From positions 1 through 64,000 of IMG/VR virus record IMGVR_UViG_3300043399_000877: DNA of 64,000 bases; one strand, written 5' to 3'. Positions 32,942 through 41,622 of the stretch are shown here, piece by piece (the first letter of the stretch is position 1; each line of letters opens with the position of its first letter). A program made the position numbers and the translations under genes. The notes under the pieces are model-generated. The model saw nothing but the letters and a program-made list of their open reading frames with translations. It did not search any database and was not told the origin of the DNA.

Positions 32942-33625
32942 TTATATGTCTGGAAACAGACATTCGCGAACAAACAGGTCAACATCAGCCTCATTGAGGC
33001 CCAACGCTTTCATAGTTTTTGGTGTGTGCGGATTTTGTTTTTGATAATGTGCGTAACGATTTTGCAGTTTTTTGCCAATTTCTGGATCGGACCGGTTATT
33101 ATAAGTTCCGATATCCATCAAATAGTTCGTTATACTTTCGTTACTGAAGTCAAAAAGTTTTTGAAGTTCTTCCGGATCGTTTATATTACCGGCAGCAATC
33201 ATCGATTCAGTAAAAATTTGTTTAGCCCAATCCGGAAGTTCTCTAGTTTTTTTCCAAACAGTTGAATCCGTAGCAACAGCAAAATCATCTATCATTTGAT
33301 GATGTGCATTTGTTGTGGGAGAATAATCGTGAAAGAAACCGGTAATCTTATGTTTACCGGCTATAACATCTAAACCGAAAATAGGACCGTCATTGTGCAA
33401 GTGTGGAAATACGCAACAATGCATCATCCACAATCCTTTAGATTGCCTTGCATCAACTACATCAACGTGAGCACGTCTATAACTATCACTAGTCCAAACA
33501 CGATTTACCCAACCCGGTTGGTTAAATCTCTCCATCCCGGGTTCTGATATTTCAGTTCCGGTTCGGTCAAAAGCTGCTTCCAGATTATTCTGGAGTAGTA
33601 TCAGTGTTTTCCATATTTCCATCAT
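32942..33625 (-). CDS. pcyX: Ferredoxin-dependent bilin reductase, PcyX/PcyA-like
   Basis: RRAHVDVVDAR.SKGLWMMHCCVFP...FGLDVIAG...HDYSP...QKQNPHT. Confidence 0.85.
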   Translation of the reverse strand: MMEIWKTLILLQNNLEAAFDRTGTEISEPGMERFNQPGWVNRVWTSDSYRRAHVDVVDARQSKGLWMMHCCVFPHLHNDGPIFGLDVIAGKHKITGFFHDYSPTTNAHHQMIDDFAVATDSTVWKKTRELPDWAKQIFTESMIAAGNINDPEELQKLFDFSNESITNYLMDIGTYNNRSDPEIGKKLQNRYAHYQKQNPHTPKTMKALGLNEADVDLFVRECLFPDI

Positions 33626-34148
33626 CAAGTTCTTCAAACAATCTAATGGCAAAATTGAAACACACTATTGCTTCGTCAGCCATTTCATCTTTAAGCATAG
33701 AACGTATTTTACGTTCTAGTTCTTCTCTGTTTTCAAATTCATACATTTTTCCCGACCCCGGGCTCTTTTTCTTAAGAATTTGACCACCATACATATCACC
33801 GAAGTGACGCACATATACATGTGCCAATAACCCATCGTGGTCCAGTGTATGAACATGCCGTTCGTATTCTCTTACCAATGGAGAAATAATATCCATGGTT
33901 GCGTGTGGGACTCCGAACTTATTTTCAAGTTCCATTAAATCCTCGTACATCTTGTTGCTTCTGCAAACTTCGCGTATACTCGGAATTTTGTTATAAACGT
34001 ATGTTTCTAATACGGAGTATATAAGATACTGATTATACAGATATCTGTAGTACTCTTCCGGAGTCAGTCCACGGATAAGCTTTCTTGCAAACGAAGTTCG
34101 TTCTGCTTTTTTATGTACTTCCCAGGTAAGTTCTTTTAGTTTACTCAT
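33585..34148 (-). CDS. hemO: Heme oxygenase
   Basis: LKELTWEVHKKAE (proximal His), LAHVYVRHFGDMYGGQIL, CFNFAI. Confidence 0.92.
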   Translation of the reverse strand: MSKLKELTWEVHKKAERTSFARKLIRGLTPEEYYRYLYNQYLIYSVLETYVYNKIPSIREVCRSNKMYEDLMELENKFGVPHATMDIISPLVREYERHVHTLDHDGLLAHVYVRHFGDMYGGQILKKKSPGSGKMYEFENREELERKIRSMLKDEMADEAIVCFNFAIRLFEELDDGNMENTDTTPE

Positions 34149-34450
34149 GAATCTTCTTCTACTTTTATCTTTAACGGAAAACCGTTCTCTCTACTTATCC
34201 CAGTGGCCTCTAGAGCTTTTTGTTCTGCAATTTCATAACTGTAAATACCAACAACGCCACTGCCTTCTTCGTGAATACGAACTGTAATTGTACGAGCAAC
34301 TTCTTCGGTGTGCTTAAACAATTCAACAAGCAAACTTACAACAAAATCCATAGGAGTTTTGTCATCATTTAAGAACACAATTTTGTATTTTTTTGGTTCA
34401 GAAACAGTAATTTTTATTTTTTCGTCAAGTAAAACATCAGTAGCAGTCAT
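34145..34450 (-). CDS. clpS: ClpAP adaptor protein ClpS
   Basis: YKIVFLNDDKTPMDFVV...VRIHEEG.GVVG.Y.YEIAE.K...FPLK. Confidence 0.92.
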   Translation of the reverse strand: MTATDVLLDEKIKITVSEPKKYKIVFLNDDKTPMDFVVSLLVELFKHTEEVARTITVRIHEEGSGVVGIYSYEIAEQKALEATGISRENGFPLKIKVEEDS

Positions 34451-34470
34451 TATCATCTCCGTTTGAAAAT

Positions 34471-34493
34471 GGGGCGGCCAGCAGCGCCGCCCC
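34471..34493 (-). terminator. Intrinsic terminator after hsp20
   Basis: GGGGCGGC-GCTGCTG-GCCGCCCC-ATTTT on the minus strand. Confidence 0.65.
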
Positions 34494-34500
34494 AACTTGA

Positions 34501-34950
34501 TTAGCCTTCGATTAGCTTTGTTGAGTTTATGGCTATCTTTTTGGGTTGTAGTTCTTCTGGAACATTTCTCTTTAAGTGAATGTTAAGAATGCCCAGCTCT
34601 AGTGTAGCATTAGCTACTTCGATATGATCTGCAAGTGTAAAACTTCTGCGGAAATTTCTGTTTCCGATTCCCTTGTGCAGATACTTTACGTCCTCCCCGC
34701 CTTTGGGCGTAAATCCTTCAACAGTTAAGACGTTTTTGTCTAGCGTTATGTCTAGATTATCCATTCCAAATCCGGCAACAGCAACGCTAATCATCCATTC
34801 GTCGTCGTTTATCTCAGCGACGTTATACGGAGGATAATTTGTGTTTTGGCTGCTTGCAAAGCTTCTTTCGATTTCATCAAACAAGCGTTCAAAACCTACT
34901 GCTGTGCGGGTGATTTGTGGAAAATCTAAAGTTAGTGTTCTTGGTGTCAT
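34501..34950 (-). CDS. ibpA: Small heat-shock protein (IbpA/Hsp20)
   Basis: VGFERLF, NYPPYNV, AVAGF, YLHKGIG.RNFRRSFTLADH, LELGIL.IHL. Confidence 0.95.
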   Translation of the reverse strand: MTPRTLTLDFPQITRTAVGFERLFDEIERSFASSQNTNYPPYNVAEINDDEWMISVAVAGFGMDNLDITLDKNVLTVEGFTPKGGEDVKYLHKGIGNRNFRRSFTLADHIEVANATLELGILNIHLKRNVPEELQPKKIAINSTKLIEG

Positions 34951-35044
34951 TTTCATCTCCTTTTTAAGCAAGAATCCGTAAAACCCTTTATGGCGTTTTA
35001 CATTTTATTTATACAGCTATTATTCAAAAACGTCAATTTTTATT

Positions 35045-35269
35045 TCATTCTTCGCGTTTTTGTTGATTTTTCTTATAACGACGGATTGATGCAAGGCGAG
35101 CGAGCCGGCGCTTGGTCCCTTTGCTTTGATAAAATTCTCGTTCACGAAGTTCTTGCATAACCCCTTCTTCAAGAATTTTCTTTTTAAGCTTTCGCATTGC
35201 ACGACCGATATCATTGTTGTGAACTGCCACTTTAAGACCATTAATCGGGAGTTCGTTACGATTATCCAT
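35045..35269 (-). CDS. rpsU: Ribosomal protein bS21
   Basis: VHNNDIGRAMRKLKKK...EG..QELRERE.Y.SKG.KRR...RR. Confidence 0.88.
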   Translation of the reverse strand: MDNRNELPINGLKVAVHNNDIGRAMRKLKKKILEEGVMQELREREFYQSKGTKRRLARLASIRRYKKNQQKREE

Positions 35270-35657
35270 TATTATCCTCTTGTTTAAAAAAATTTGGCAA
35301 CCAACTTAGGTCATAAATTCTGTTGGTGCTAACCATATTATATGGCGTAAAATTGTCATTTGTCAAGTAAAAAACGTTTGGATACGAAATTAAATACGTT
35401 GCAAACGTTTTTATAAGTGAAGTGGTGTTGTCTATATCAATAATCACACAGTCTGCGATTTTAGAGATCTTCAATATCCAGTCAATACTTTCAACTTCAA
35501 TTTCAGGATCACAGAAGTACACATTCATAGGATTTGGATATTGCAGAAGAAAATCCTGCAATTGATTTTTTAAATCTTGATTGGGTGATACTATTAATAT
35601 TGATTTAGAACGATTATAAAGCACATCAGGCGGTGTTATTACCGTTATGTTGTCCAT
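35262..35657 (-). CDS. Hypothetical phage protein
   Basis: 131-aa ORF starting ITVITPPD. Confidence 0.7.
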   Translation of the reverse strand: MDNITVITPPDVLYNRSKSILIVSPNQDLKNQLQDFLLQYPNPMNVYFCDPEIEVESIDWILKISKIADCVIIDIDNTTSLIKTFATYLISYPNVFYLTNDNFTPYNMVSTNRIYDLSWLPNFFKQEDNNG

Positions 35658-37275
35658 TAGCTTCTCTTATTCTCTTCCATAAACTATCAGGGCCCTGCTC
35701 TGAGTTTTGCACGTAATCAGTATTATAATCAACATACTGAGCCCAAGGCAATTCATCTATAACCCCATTTATATAGTCATCTTTGAATGCTTTTAAGTTC
35801 AAACCGGGATTTTGTTCTTTCCAGAGTTTTTTTGCATTTTTCCAAGCATCATGAGCTTCATATTCTTGTAATAGTTCTTCACGTTTTCTTTGCTCTTGCT
35901 CAGTGACTATTTGCGATATTGATTCTGCTGTTCCCGTTTCTTCTGATCGATCCAGGTCCGTAACTCTTCCATCTGTTTCTTTAGAAGCGGGTGAATCCGC
36001 ACTGGTGGGACCAGCATTTTTAGTAATTGATCTATCATTATAGTTTCCAACGTCAAAACTTGTATTGTTACCAGATCTGAGTGCAAATGTTTGTTGGCTG
36101 GCTATTAACAACAATACGGCCAGTGGGTCAAAAACAAATATAATCATTATTATAACCCATCTAACCGCCTTTTCAAGCAATGCTTTATCAGACGAGTCAC
36201 CATAAATAAATTCTGCAACGTATTTCAGAGGACCAACTTCAGCTTCCACCTTTTTATATTGAGTTTCCAAGTTTATTTTTTGTTCGGTAAGTGTGTTAAC
36301 GGATTGAGTAGTTGATGCAATTCTCTCCCGAAGATCAGTTATTTGCCCAACAGTTTCATCATTGTTGGTTTGTCCTAGCTGGTCCCGTAAGCGGTTAACG
36401 AGAGCATTACTATCGCTTACCTGTTGATCAACACCTTCTCGTATTCTTGTAATTTCATCACGTGATCGAGCAATTATTTGTTCAGACTCAGCCCTTAATG
36501 AACTAATTCTTTCCGATAGTGCTGTGCGATTTTGTTCTTCAGATTGACGATAATCGTCAATAGCACGTTCAGTTGCTGGTCCCAAACTACCATCCTGCCT
36601 CACACCGATAATTGCCTGTGCTGCTCTAACGTCGTTGGATGCAAGAGCAGAATCTAGTGCGGCGATTCTCGCCAAACTTGTTTGTATCTCGCTTTCGACA
36701 GACGCAATAAGTCGTTCAGATCTCTGAGTTTCTTGGTCTATTAATGCAGTTTGTTCATCGATTAATGGTTGAACACGAGCATATGCGCTGTCAATTCGAG
36801 ATTGTTCAGCATCAATTTGAGCCTGAATTTCACTGTCTCGGGTAGTGGGGGCGGATTCTAATCGTGCAATTTCACTTTGCCAGGATTCGATTTGTGATTC
36901 CTGTCTAGCTATTTCGGTAGTTATTTGTTCAATTTGAAGTAGAGATGATTCTAAATTTGAAGTTTGCTCGATATGCGCTTTACTTAGGAAACCAAAAATT
37001 CCCATACTGGTGATTAACATAAGAGTCACAACTGCAACTGACAAATATGTCTTTAACCACCAAACGGCTTGCCGCCAATATCGATGTAACCATACTGTGG
37101 TTACAAGTTTTGCAATTTCTAGAACCGTTCCCATTATAATGATTGGGATTGCAGATGCCGGAAATATAGCTACTAAACCAGCCACACTATAGAATATAGC
37201 TACAGACGATATCGAAAGAGCTGTAATTAAAACTAAAATACCCAGTAACATGATACAATATTTATTCTTTTTCAA
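35626..37275 (-). CDS. Membrane-anchored coiled-coil protein with internal peptidoglycan-binding-like motif
   Basis: 3 N-terminal TMs, long coiled coil, AQAIIGVRQDGSLGPATERAI, C-terminal TM IIFVFDPLAVLLLIA. Confidence 0.7.
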   Translation of the reverse strand: MKKNKYCIMLLGILVLITALSISSVAIFYSVAGLVAIFPASAIPIIIMGTVLEIAKLVTTVWLHRYWRQAVWWLKTYLSVAVVTLMLITSMGIFGFLSKAHIEQTSNLESSLLQIEQITTEIARQESQIESWQSEIARLESAPTTRDSEIQAQIDAEQSRIDSAYARVQPLIDEQTALIDQETQRSERLIASVESEIQTSLARIAALDSALASNDVRAAQAIIGVRQDGSLGPATERAIDDYRQSEEQNRTALSERISSLRAESEQIIARSRDEITRIREGVDQQVSDSNALVNRLRDQLGQTNNDETVGQITDLRERIASTTQSVNTLTEQKINLETQYKKVEAEVGPLKYVAEFIYGDSSDKALLEKAVRWVIIMIIFVFDPLAVLLLIASQQTFALRSGNNTSFDVGNYNDRSITKNAGPTSADSPASKETDGRVTDLDRSEETGTAESISQIVTEQEQRKREELLQEYEAHDAWKNAKKLWKEQNPGLNLKAFKDDYINGVIDELPWAQYVDYNTDYVQNSEQGPDSLWKRIREANGQHNGNNTA

Positions 37276-37298
37276 TAGAGAAAACTATGCGAAGGGTA

Positions 37299-37670
37299 TT
37301 ACCCTCTTCGCATAGTGCTTACTTCAATAGCCTGTTCTTTATTCAAAATAGGAACAGCATTACTCTTGTGCATCGTAGCGATGCCTTTGATAAGAGTGCC
37401 AGTATAACGTTTTTCAGTAACCTTTGCACCACTGCCGGCAACTGTATTGCTCAGTGGAATTGCTGATTCTACCTGATAATCAGGAATGTCATACAACCCT
37501 ACCCGACGGCCTTTGCGATCTGTAGGAAGTTTGGTCTTGCCAACACCCATGCGCTCTAAAAATCGATCGTGTGCTTCACGAGCGTCTCTGAGTTTTTGGG
37601 TATTGGCAACCTTCTTCTTCGAGTTGTACCTAGTGGTGGTCAGATGTGGACCAACAAGGTGCATACTCAT
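37299..37670 (-). CDS. Conserved T4-like phage hypothetical protein
   Basis: YTGTLIKGIATMHKSNAVP motif. Confidence 0.75.
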   Translation of the reverse strand: MSMHLVGPHLTTTRYNSKKKVANTQKLRDAREAHDRFLERMGVGKTKLPTDRKGRRVGLYDIPDYQVESAIPLSNTVAGSGAKVTEKRYTGTLIKGIATMHKSNAVPILNKEQAIEVSTMRRG

Positions 37671-37673
37671 TGA

Positions 37674-37913
37674 TTACTTCCAACCGGCTTCTTGTGCTGT
37701 CACTCGAATAAAGCGACGGGAAGTGTCATTTTGGTTAGGGTTGGCGATAGTAACCATAACACGCTTGCGCTGGCGGAAAGCACGAAGCTGATTCATGAGC
37801 CTATCGCCGCTCTGCATGTATTCTCGATGAATAGCACCAAGGATACTCTGCTTCACATTGCTGTGAATGCCCTTAGAAGTGTAAGTCTTTCCGGAACTTT
37901 TGCCTTTTGCCAT
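37674..37913 (-). CDS. Hypothetical basic protein
   Basis: MAKGKSSGKTYTSKG...VTIANPN..T.RRFIRV. Confidence 0.7.
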   Translation of the reverse strand: MAKGKSSGKTYTSKGIHSNVKQSILGAIHREYMQSGDRLMNQLRAFRQRKRVMVTIANPNQNDTSRRFIRVTAQEAGWK

Positions 37914-37992
37914 GATATCCTCTTGTATTGCGTTGTATGTGTAAACTTAGCGCACTATCGCTAGTTTGTCAACAACTATATCGCGTCAAGCA

Positions 37993-38637
37993 TTAATAAT
38001 TGGGGTCGCCTTTTTCGATATTTGTTATGCGAGTTTTCCCCCTAAACGTTATCGGTCTAGTTACTCGGACGTTGGTATACTTATCAACGGTGTTTACACG
38101 AGTTTTGTTTAGCAAATACGTCACAATCTTTCTTATTTTTTCGTCTGTAAGAATTTCTTCTTCAACTTCCATCCAGCTTTCGCCGTTGGCTATTCGCTTC
38201 ACTCTGTTGTAGAACGAGATCAAATACTTGTAGTCACCCGGTGGTAAATTTCCACCCAATATTGCTGGGGCACGTTTAACAAATGTTTTACTAGTACCGA
38301 TGTCGTCAATAATATCAAACATGTTATATATTATTTGGTCTTCGTCAGCACCGCCACTGCCGATAACATATTGAACCGTAATTATAATAGGTTCTCCGCC
38401 GGTTCTTTCGGCAACTTCGACCGCAGCTGATTCAGCAGTTTCGCGGTCAGCAGTTAAATAAACTCCCCCATAGCTCTCCTTTCCGGGTTCGTCACTCCCG
38501 TATCCGGTTCCCGGACGGTCAGGCAACAGCCCATGAACTTTGATTGATTGGAGATACACAGAACTGGTACCATGATACATGATCGCAGTTTTTTGTCGGC
38601 CCGGTCGTCCTTCGAATAAAATTTCATAAAATCTCAT
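37993..38637 (-). CDS. ADP-ribosyltransferase-fold (ART/Tpt1-like) protein
   Basis: MYHGTSS...I..HGL.P, GVYLT...A..AA motifs. Confidence 0.55.
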   Translation of the reverse strand: MRFYEILFEGRPGRQKTAIMYHGTSSVYLQSIKVHGLLPDRPGTGYGSDEPGKESYGGVYLTADRETAESAAVEVAERTGGEPIIITVQYVIGSGGADEDQIIYNMFDIIDDIGTSKTFVKRAPAILGGNLPPGDYKYLISFYNRVKRIANGESWMEVEEEILTDEKIRKIVTYLLNKTRVNTVDKYTNVRVTRPITFRGKTRITNIEKGDPNY

Positions 38638-38814
38638 AACTAACCTCTTTACGAATATTTAGTTAATTATGAAATAGTTCACTTACAGTTTCAGAGTGGT
38701 GCGTTTTGTATGTCCACTATTCGAATCCTGTCGGTGCAGAACCGATTATATCTGCACAAGACTACATTCCCAGCCTCTCAGACTATGTCATCGATTTTTG
38801 CCGTCTGTAAGTAA

Positions 38815-39148
38815 GTGCAACGGTTCTGTTGCTAGGTCCGTTGCCAACCCCCGGTCGCTTATTAGGCGGCCATTGCCATTTCTGGCGCTGCGTTAATATT
38901 TGCAGTTATCATTTTCTTCGCGGTAACGGCGCTTAGATCCCGGTGACTCCATCCTGCCTAGTTCGTACATCGATCCTGTTTCGGCCCCATCAAAGATACA
39001 TGCACATACGTCCTACTCCTGCTTCCAGCGTGTCGCTATCAACATAGGTTTTCGGAAAATCGCTGTACCTAGTATGACATGTATCTATGGTGGAGCCGTC
39101 GGGTACCGCCCCCGAGTCTGTCCCGTGTTCGGTGAACTTCAACGTCAC
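38815..39148 (-). ncRNA. ssrA: Circularly permuted two-piece tmRNA (alphaproteobacterial type)
   Basis: Acceptor piece ...GACTCGGGGGCGGTACCCGACGGCTCCACCA (CCA end at 39088) precedes coding piece GGGGCCGAAACAGGATCGA (starts 38988); 7-bp acceptor with G3-U70; tag ORF 38903-38862 ANINAAPEMAMAA*. Confidence 0.92.
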
Positions 39149-39154
39149 ATGTTA

Positions 39155-39183
39155 TTTATACACTTATTCTATACTAGCGTCAA
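39155..39183 (-). promoter_or_regulatory. tmRNA promoter: sigma70 TTGACG-N17-TATAAA overlapping a TATAAATA late promoter
   Basis: CTTGACGCTAGTATAGAATAAGTGTATAAATAAC. Confidence 0.7.
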
Positions 39184-39400
39184 GATATTTCTTGTATTCT
39201 TCCAATTTGTCTTTTTCCAAAACCTCGTCAAGGACAATATTAGGGTATTTAAGGTAAGCAAAAGTCTTTTCTCGATCAGTCAGCCAAACCACTTTACCAC
39301 CTGCTACTACAAACTTAGAGAGTAGTTTCCAGTATATATAGCATCGTTTTCGCTTATCATTGCTTGGGGGTTTTGGTATCTGTGCTTGCCAGGGTTTCAT
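39164..39400 (-). CDS. Hypothetical protein
   Basis: 78-aa ORF in operon. Confidence 0.6.
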   Translation of the reverse strand: MKPWQAQIPKPPSNDKRKRCYIYWKLLSKFVVAGGKVVWLTDREKTFAYLKYPNIVLDEVLEKDKLEEYKKYLDASIE

Positions 39401-39545
39401 CTTTTTTCGCTATGTTGCGCAATGCATGATTGAGAATCAATCGTTCCTCTTGGCTGAGATTTTTATTGATTTCACTTAGACATTCGTCACAAAAATCTGA
39501 CCCGTATTCTGCACAGTCTCGGCAAACTTCCGGTAACTTTTCCAT
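39357..39545 (-). CDS. Hypothetical Cys-containing protein
   Basis: CRDC...FCDEC, GGAG RBS. Confidence 0.6.
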   Translation of the reverse strand: MEKLPEVCRDCAEYGSDFCDECLSEINKNLSQEERLILNHALRNIAKKDETLASTDTKTPKQ

Positions 39546-39567
39546 GCTAACTTCTCCAAAACAATAT

Positions 39568-39783
39568 TTAGCGAAAACGATAACAGCTTTCGTGGCTAAC
39601 TAGTTCTGGTTCCATGTTCAGGCTTTCAGTGTAATCAAAAACCTGAACCCCACGAAGGCGCAACAAGGTCACGTCTTGCGGTTGCATTAATATTGGCAGG
39701 TTGATTTCCAAACATGGATTAGTTTTTACAGGCCAATCGACATCAACTAAATGTGCCAATACCTTATTTGCTTGTTGCGGCAT
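39568..39783 (-). CDS. Hypothetical protein
   Basis: 71-aa ORF overlapping the upstream stop. Confidence 0.5.
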   Translation of the reverse strand: MPQQANKVLAHLVDVDWPVKTNPCLEINLPILMQPQDVTLLRLRGVQVFDYTESLNMEPELVSHESCYRFR

Positions 39784-40123
39784 AGACAGTATCCATTAAC
39801 TTCATGAGAGGCATGTTTTTTAATTCTGGATCCAAACTCATAAACGTGGACGTTTCCATTTCATTTGTGGAACCCAGAATAACCAAAATATCATTTTCTG
39901 TAAGATGGTCACCTAATTTTTCGGCAGTCCAAAGTACACTCATGATAACAAGGTTTGTTATTTTCCCCTCGTCACGTATGCGTTTTTTGGAAATATACTG
40001 CTTGACTGAACCAATATTTGTGTGATATTGGTTCATCTTTTTGATCAAGTTATTGAAGTAAGCGACTGTATCTTCACTGGGTACCATATCAAAACTTTCT
40101 TTATTACTATTTATTTTATTCAT
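39764..40123 (-). CDS. Hypothetical protein
   Basis: 119-aa ORF. Confidence 0.7.
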   Translation of the reverse strand: MNKINSNKESFDMVPSEDTVAYFNNLIKKMNQYHTNIGSVKQYISKKRIRDEGKITNLVIMSVLWTAEKLGDHLTENDILVILGSTNEMETSTFMSLDPELKNMPLMKLMDTVYAATSK

Positions 40124-40688
40124 TCGTTATTAACTCAACTATCTCACGCCAAGTGTCTACACGATGTAGACGATCATCCTCATAAAATTGATTATGGGGA
40201 TGATTTATAAGTATACTTTTCAATCCCATGTCAGCACCGAGGCTGGCATTTTCAGGTTTGTCTTCAATCCACCATAGTCCGCTATCTCGATAGGGTTCTA
40301 GGGAGTGCTGTTTGTCTCCACCGGTATCCAGGCATACTAGGTCATCAAATGCTTGGTTTCCAAAAACTGAATGTAAATTATGCCATCTTAACCGTTTAGT
40401 GTAAGGGTCAAGACTCACGCTTGTGATACAAGTAAAGTTGAAACCTTTTTCTGCTAGTGATGCTACACCAGTTCTAGAATCTCTAAAAGCTGGTAAGAAC
40501 CCCATCCAGGAACAGTTGTTAAATTCCCTAATAAGTTGCTTGCTTCGATTTCGAGCAATACCGTAAACCAACTCCATTTCATAGTAACCCTGGTCTACCT
40601 GATCATATCCACGGTCACGCATCCATTCATGAAATGGGTTCTCCCAATCAAGGAGAACTCCGTCGCAGTCTGTTAAAATTTTCTTCAT
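40116..40688 (-). CDS. HAD-family 5'(3')-deoxyribonucleotidase-like protein
   Basis: ILTDCDGVLLDW, ITS, WIEDKPEN motifs. Confidence 0.85.
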   Translation of the reverse strand: MKKILTDCDGVLLDWENPFHEWMRDRGYDQVDQGYYEMELVYGIARNRSKQLIREFNNCSWMGFLPAFRDSRTGVASLAEKGFNFTCITSVSLDPYTKRLRWHNLHSVFGNQAFDDLVCLDTGGDKQHSLEPYRDSGLWWIEDKPENASLGADMGLKSILINHPHNQFYEDDRLHRVDTWREIVELITNE

Positions 40689-40751
40689 GTTAAACCCCAT
40701 GCCTAAATACTAAACTACCTAAACAAAGAAGTCAAAGAAAATTTATTCGTC

Positions 40752-41066
40752 TCAAAGAAGGTTGTTGGCCACATCAGTAGATACGCTTATTATAGTGGCT
40801 ATGTAAATGCCATTCTGGCCTACTTCATCGTTTAGCCGGGCAGTTCGTATACCGTCTGCATATGTATCACCGCTGGCTGTTTTTATAGTATCCTTGTGTC
40901 CACAGTCAGTGGTCACTTCATCACCCAGTCTTGCAACACCTTTGCCGTTTACAAAGACTGACGTACTGGCAGATGTTATGGTTCCGCCAGTGGGATTTGG
41001 TACTATGTGTGAAGGATGATAGCAAATGCCATCAGTTCTATCATCCTTTCTAGCAGAACCGCGCAT
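40752..41066 (-). CDS. PAAR-domain spike tip protein (T4 gp5.4-like)
   Basis: SARKDD...HPSH...GTI.SAS.SVFVNGKGVARLGD...CGH. Confidence 0.85.
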   Translation of the reverse strand: MRGSARKDDRTDGICYHPSHIVPNPTGGTITSASTSVFVNGKGVARLGDEVTTDCGHKDTIKTASGDTYADGIRTARLNDEVGQNGIYIATIISVSTDVANNLL

Positions 41067-41356
41067 TATACCAATTTAATCCCAGTTGTGCTGCTGATGT
41101 ATTGTTTGGCCATTTCGCTATCAGTTTTGGCTACAAACAACACTGTATTTGTGTTTAGTTCAATTTTGGTGTCTGGGTTTACTGTAAAAGTAAACGGGCC
41201 CAATCCCAATCCGTTTTGTGTAACCATAATAGCCATCGGCTTGGACAACACTAGCTTTCCGGGTTTTTCTTCAACCAGTCTTGCTATTAACTCTTCTCCG
41301 GTCACTGTTTTTACAGTAACGGTGTCACCAGCCTTATAGGGTGCTTCAATTAACAT
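41066..41356 (-). CDS. Hypothetical protein (Sm-like beta fold)
   Basis: VTVKTVTGEELIARL...LSKPM. Confidence 0.7.
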   Translation of the reverse strand: MLIEAPYKAGDTVTVKTVTGEELIARLVEEKPGKLVLSKPMAIMVTQNGLGLGPFTFTVNPDTKIELNTNTVLFVAKTDSEMAKQYISSTTGIKLV

Positions 41357-41622
41357 TAATCATTTCTCCACATATCGTGTGATTCCATATAGGCCTCGAG
41401 ATTGTCACAAGTGCCTATGTACTCGCCATATAGCCATATTTGCGGTACTGTGCGAGCGTTGGGTGCAACTTCGAGAAGATCTTCTCGAGTCCAAACTCCG
41501 CCATCGGGCCGCTCAGCACCGATGCGACGCTCTTCGTATGCTATTCCTTTGCTTTCAAGAAGCAATTTTGCCCGCACACAATACGGGCAATTGTCTTTAC
41601 TCCAAACAACTGTGTTTGTCAT
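41356..41622 (-). CDS. grx: Glutaredoxin
   Basis: WSKDNCPYC...RTVPQIW, adjacent to nrdB. Confidence 0.95.
   Translation of the reverse strand: MTNTVVWSKDNCPYCVRAKLLLESKGIAYEERRIGAERPDGGVWTREDLLEVAPNARTVPQIWLYGEYIGTCDNLEAYMESHDMWRND

Noticed and set aside
35626-37275. Tape-measure protein assignment
   Set aside because: Too short for a jumbo-phage tail, bounded by TM segments, and outside a tail gene cluster; kept as a membrane coiled-coil protein.
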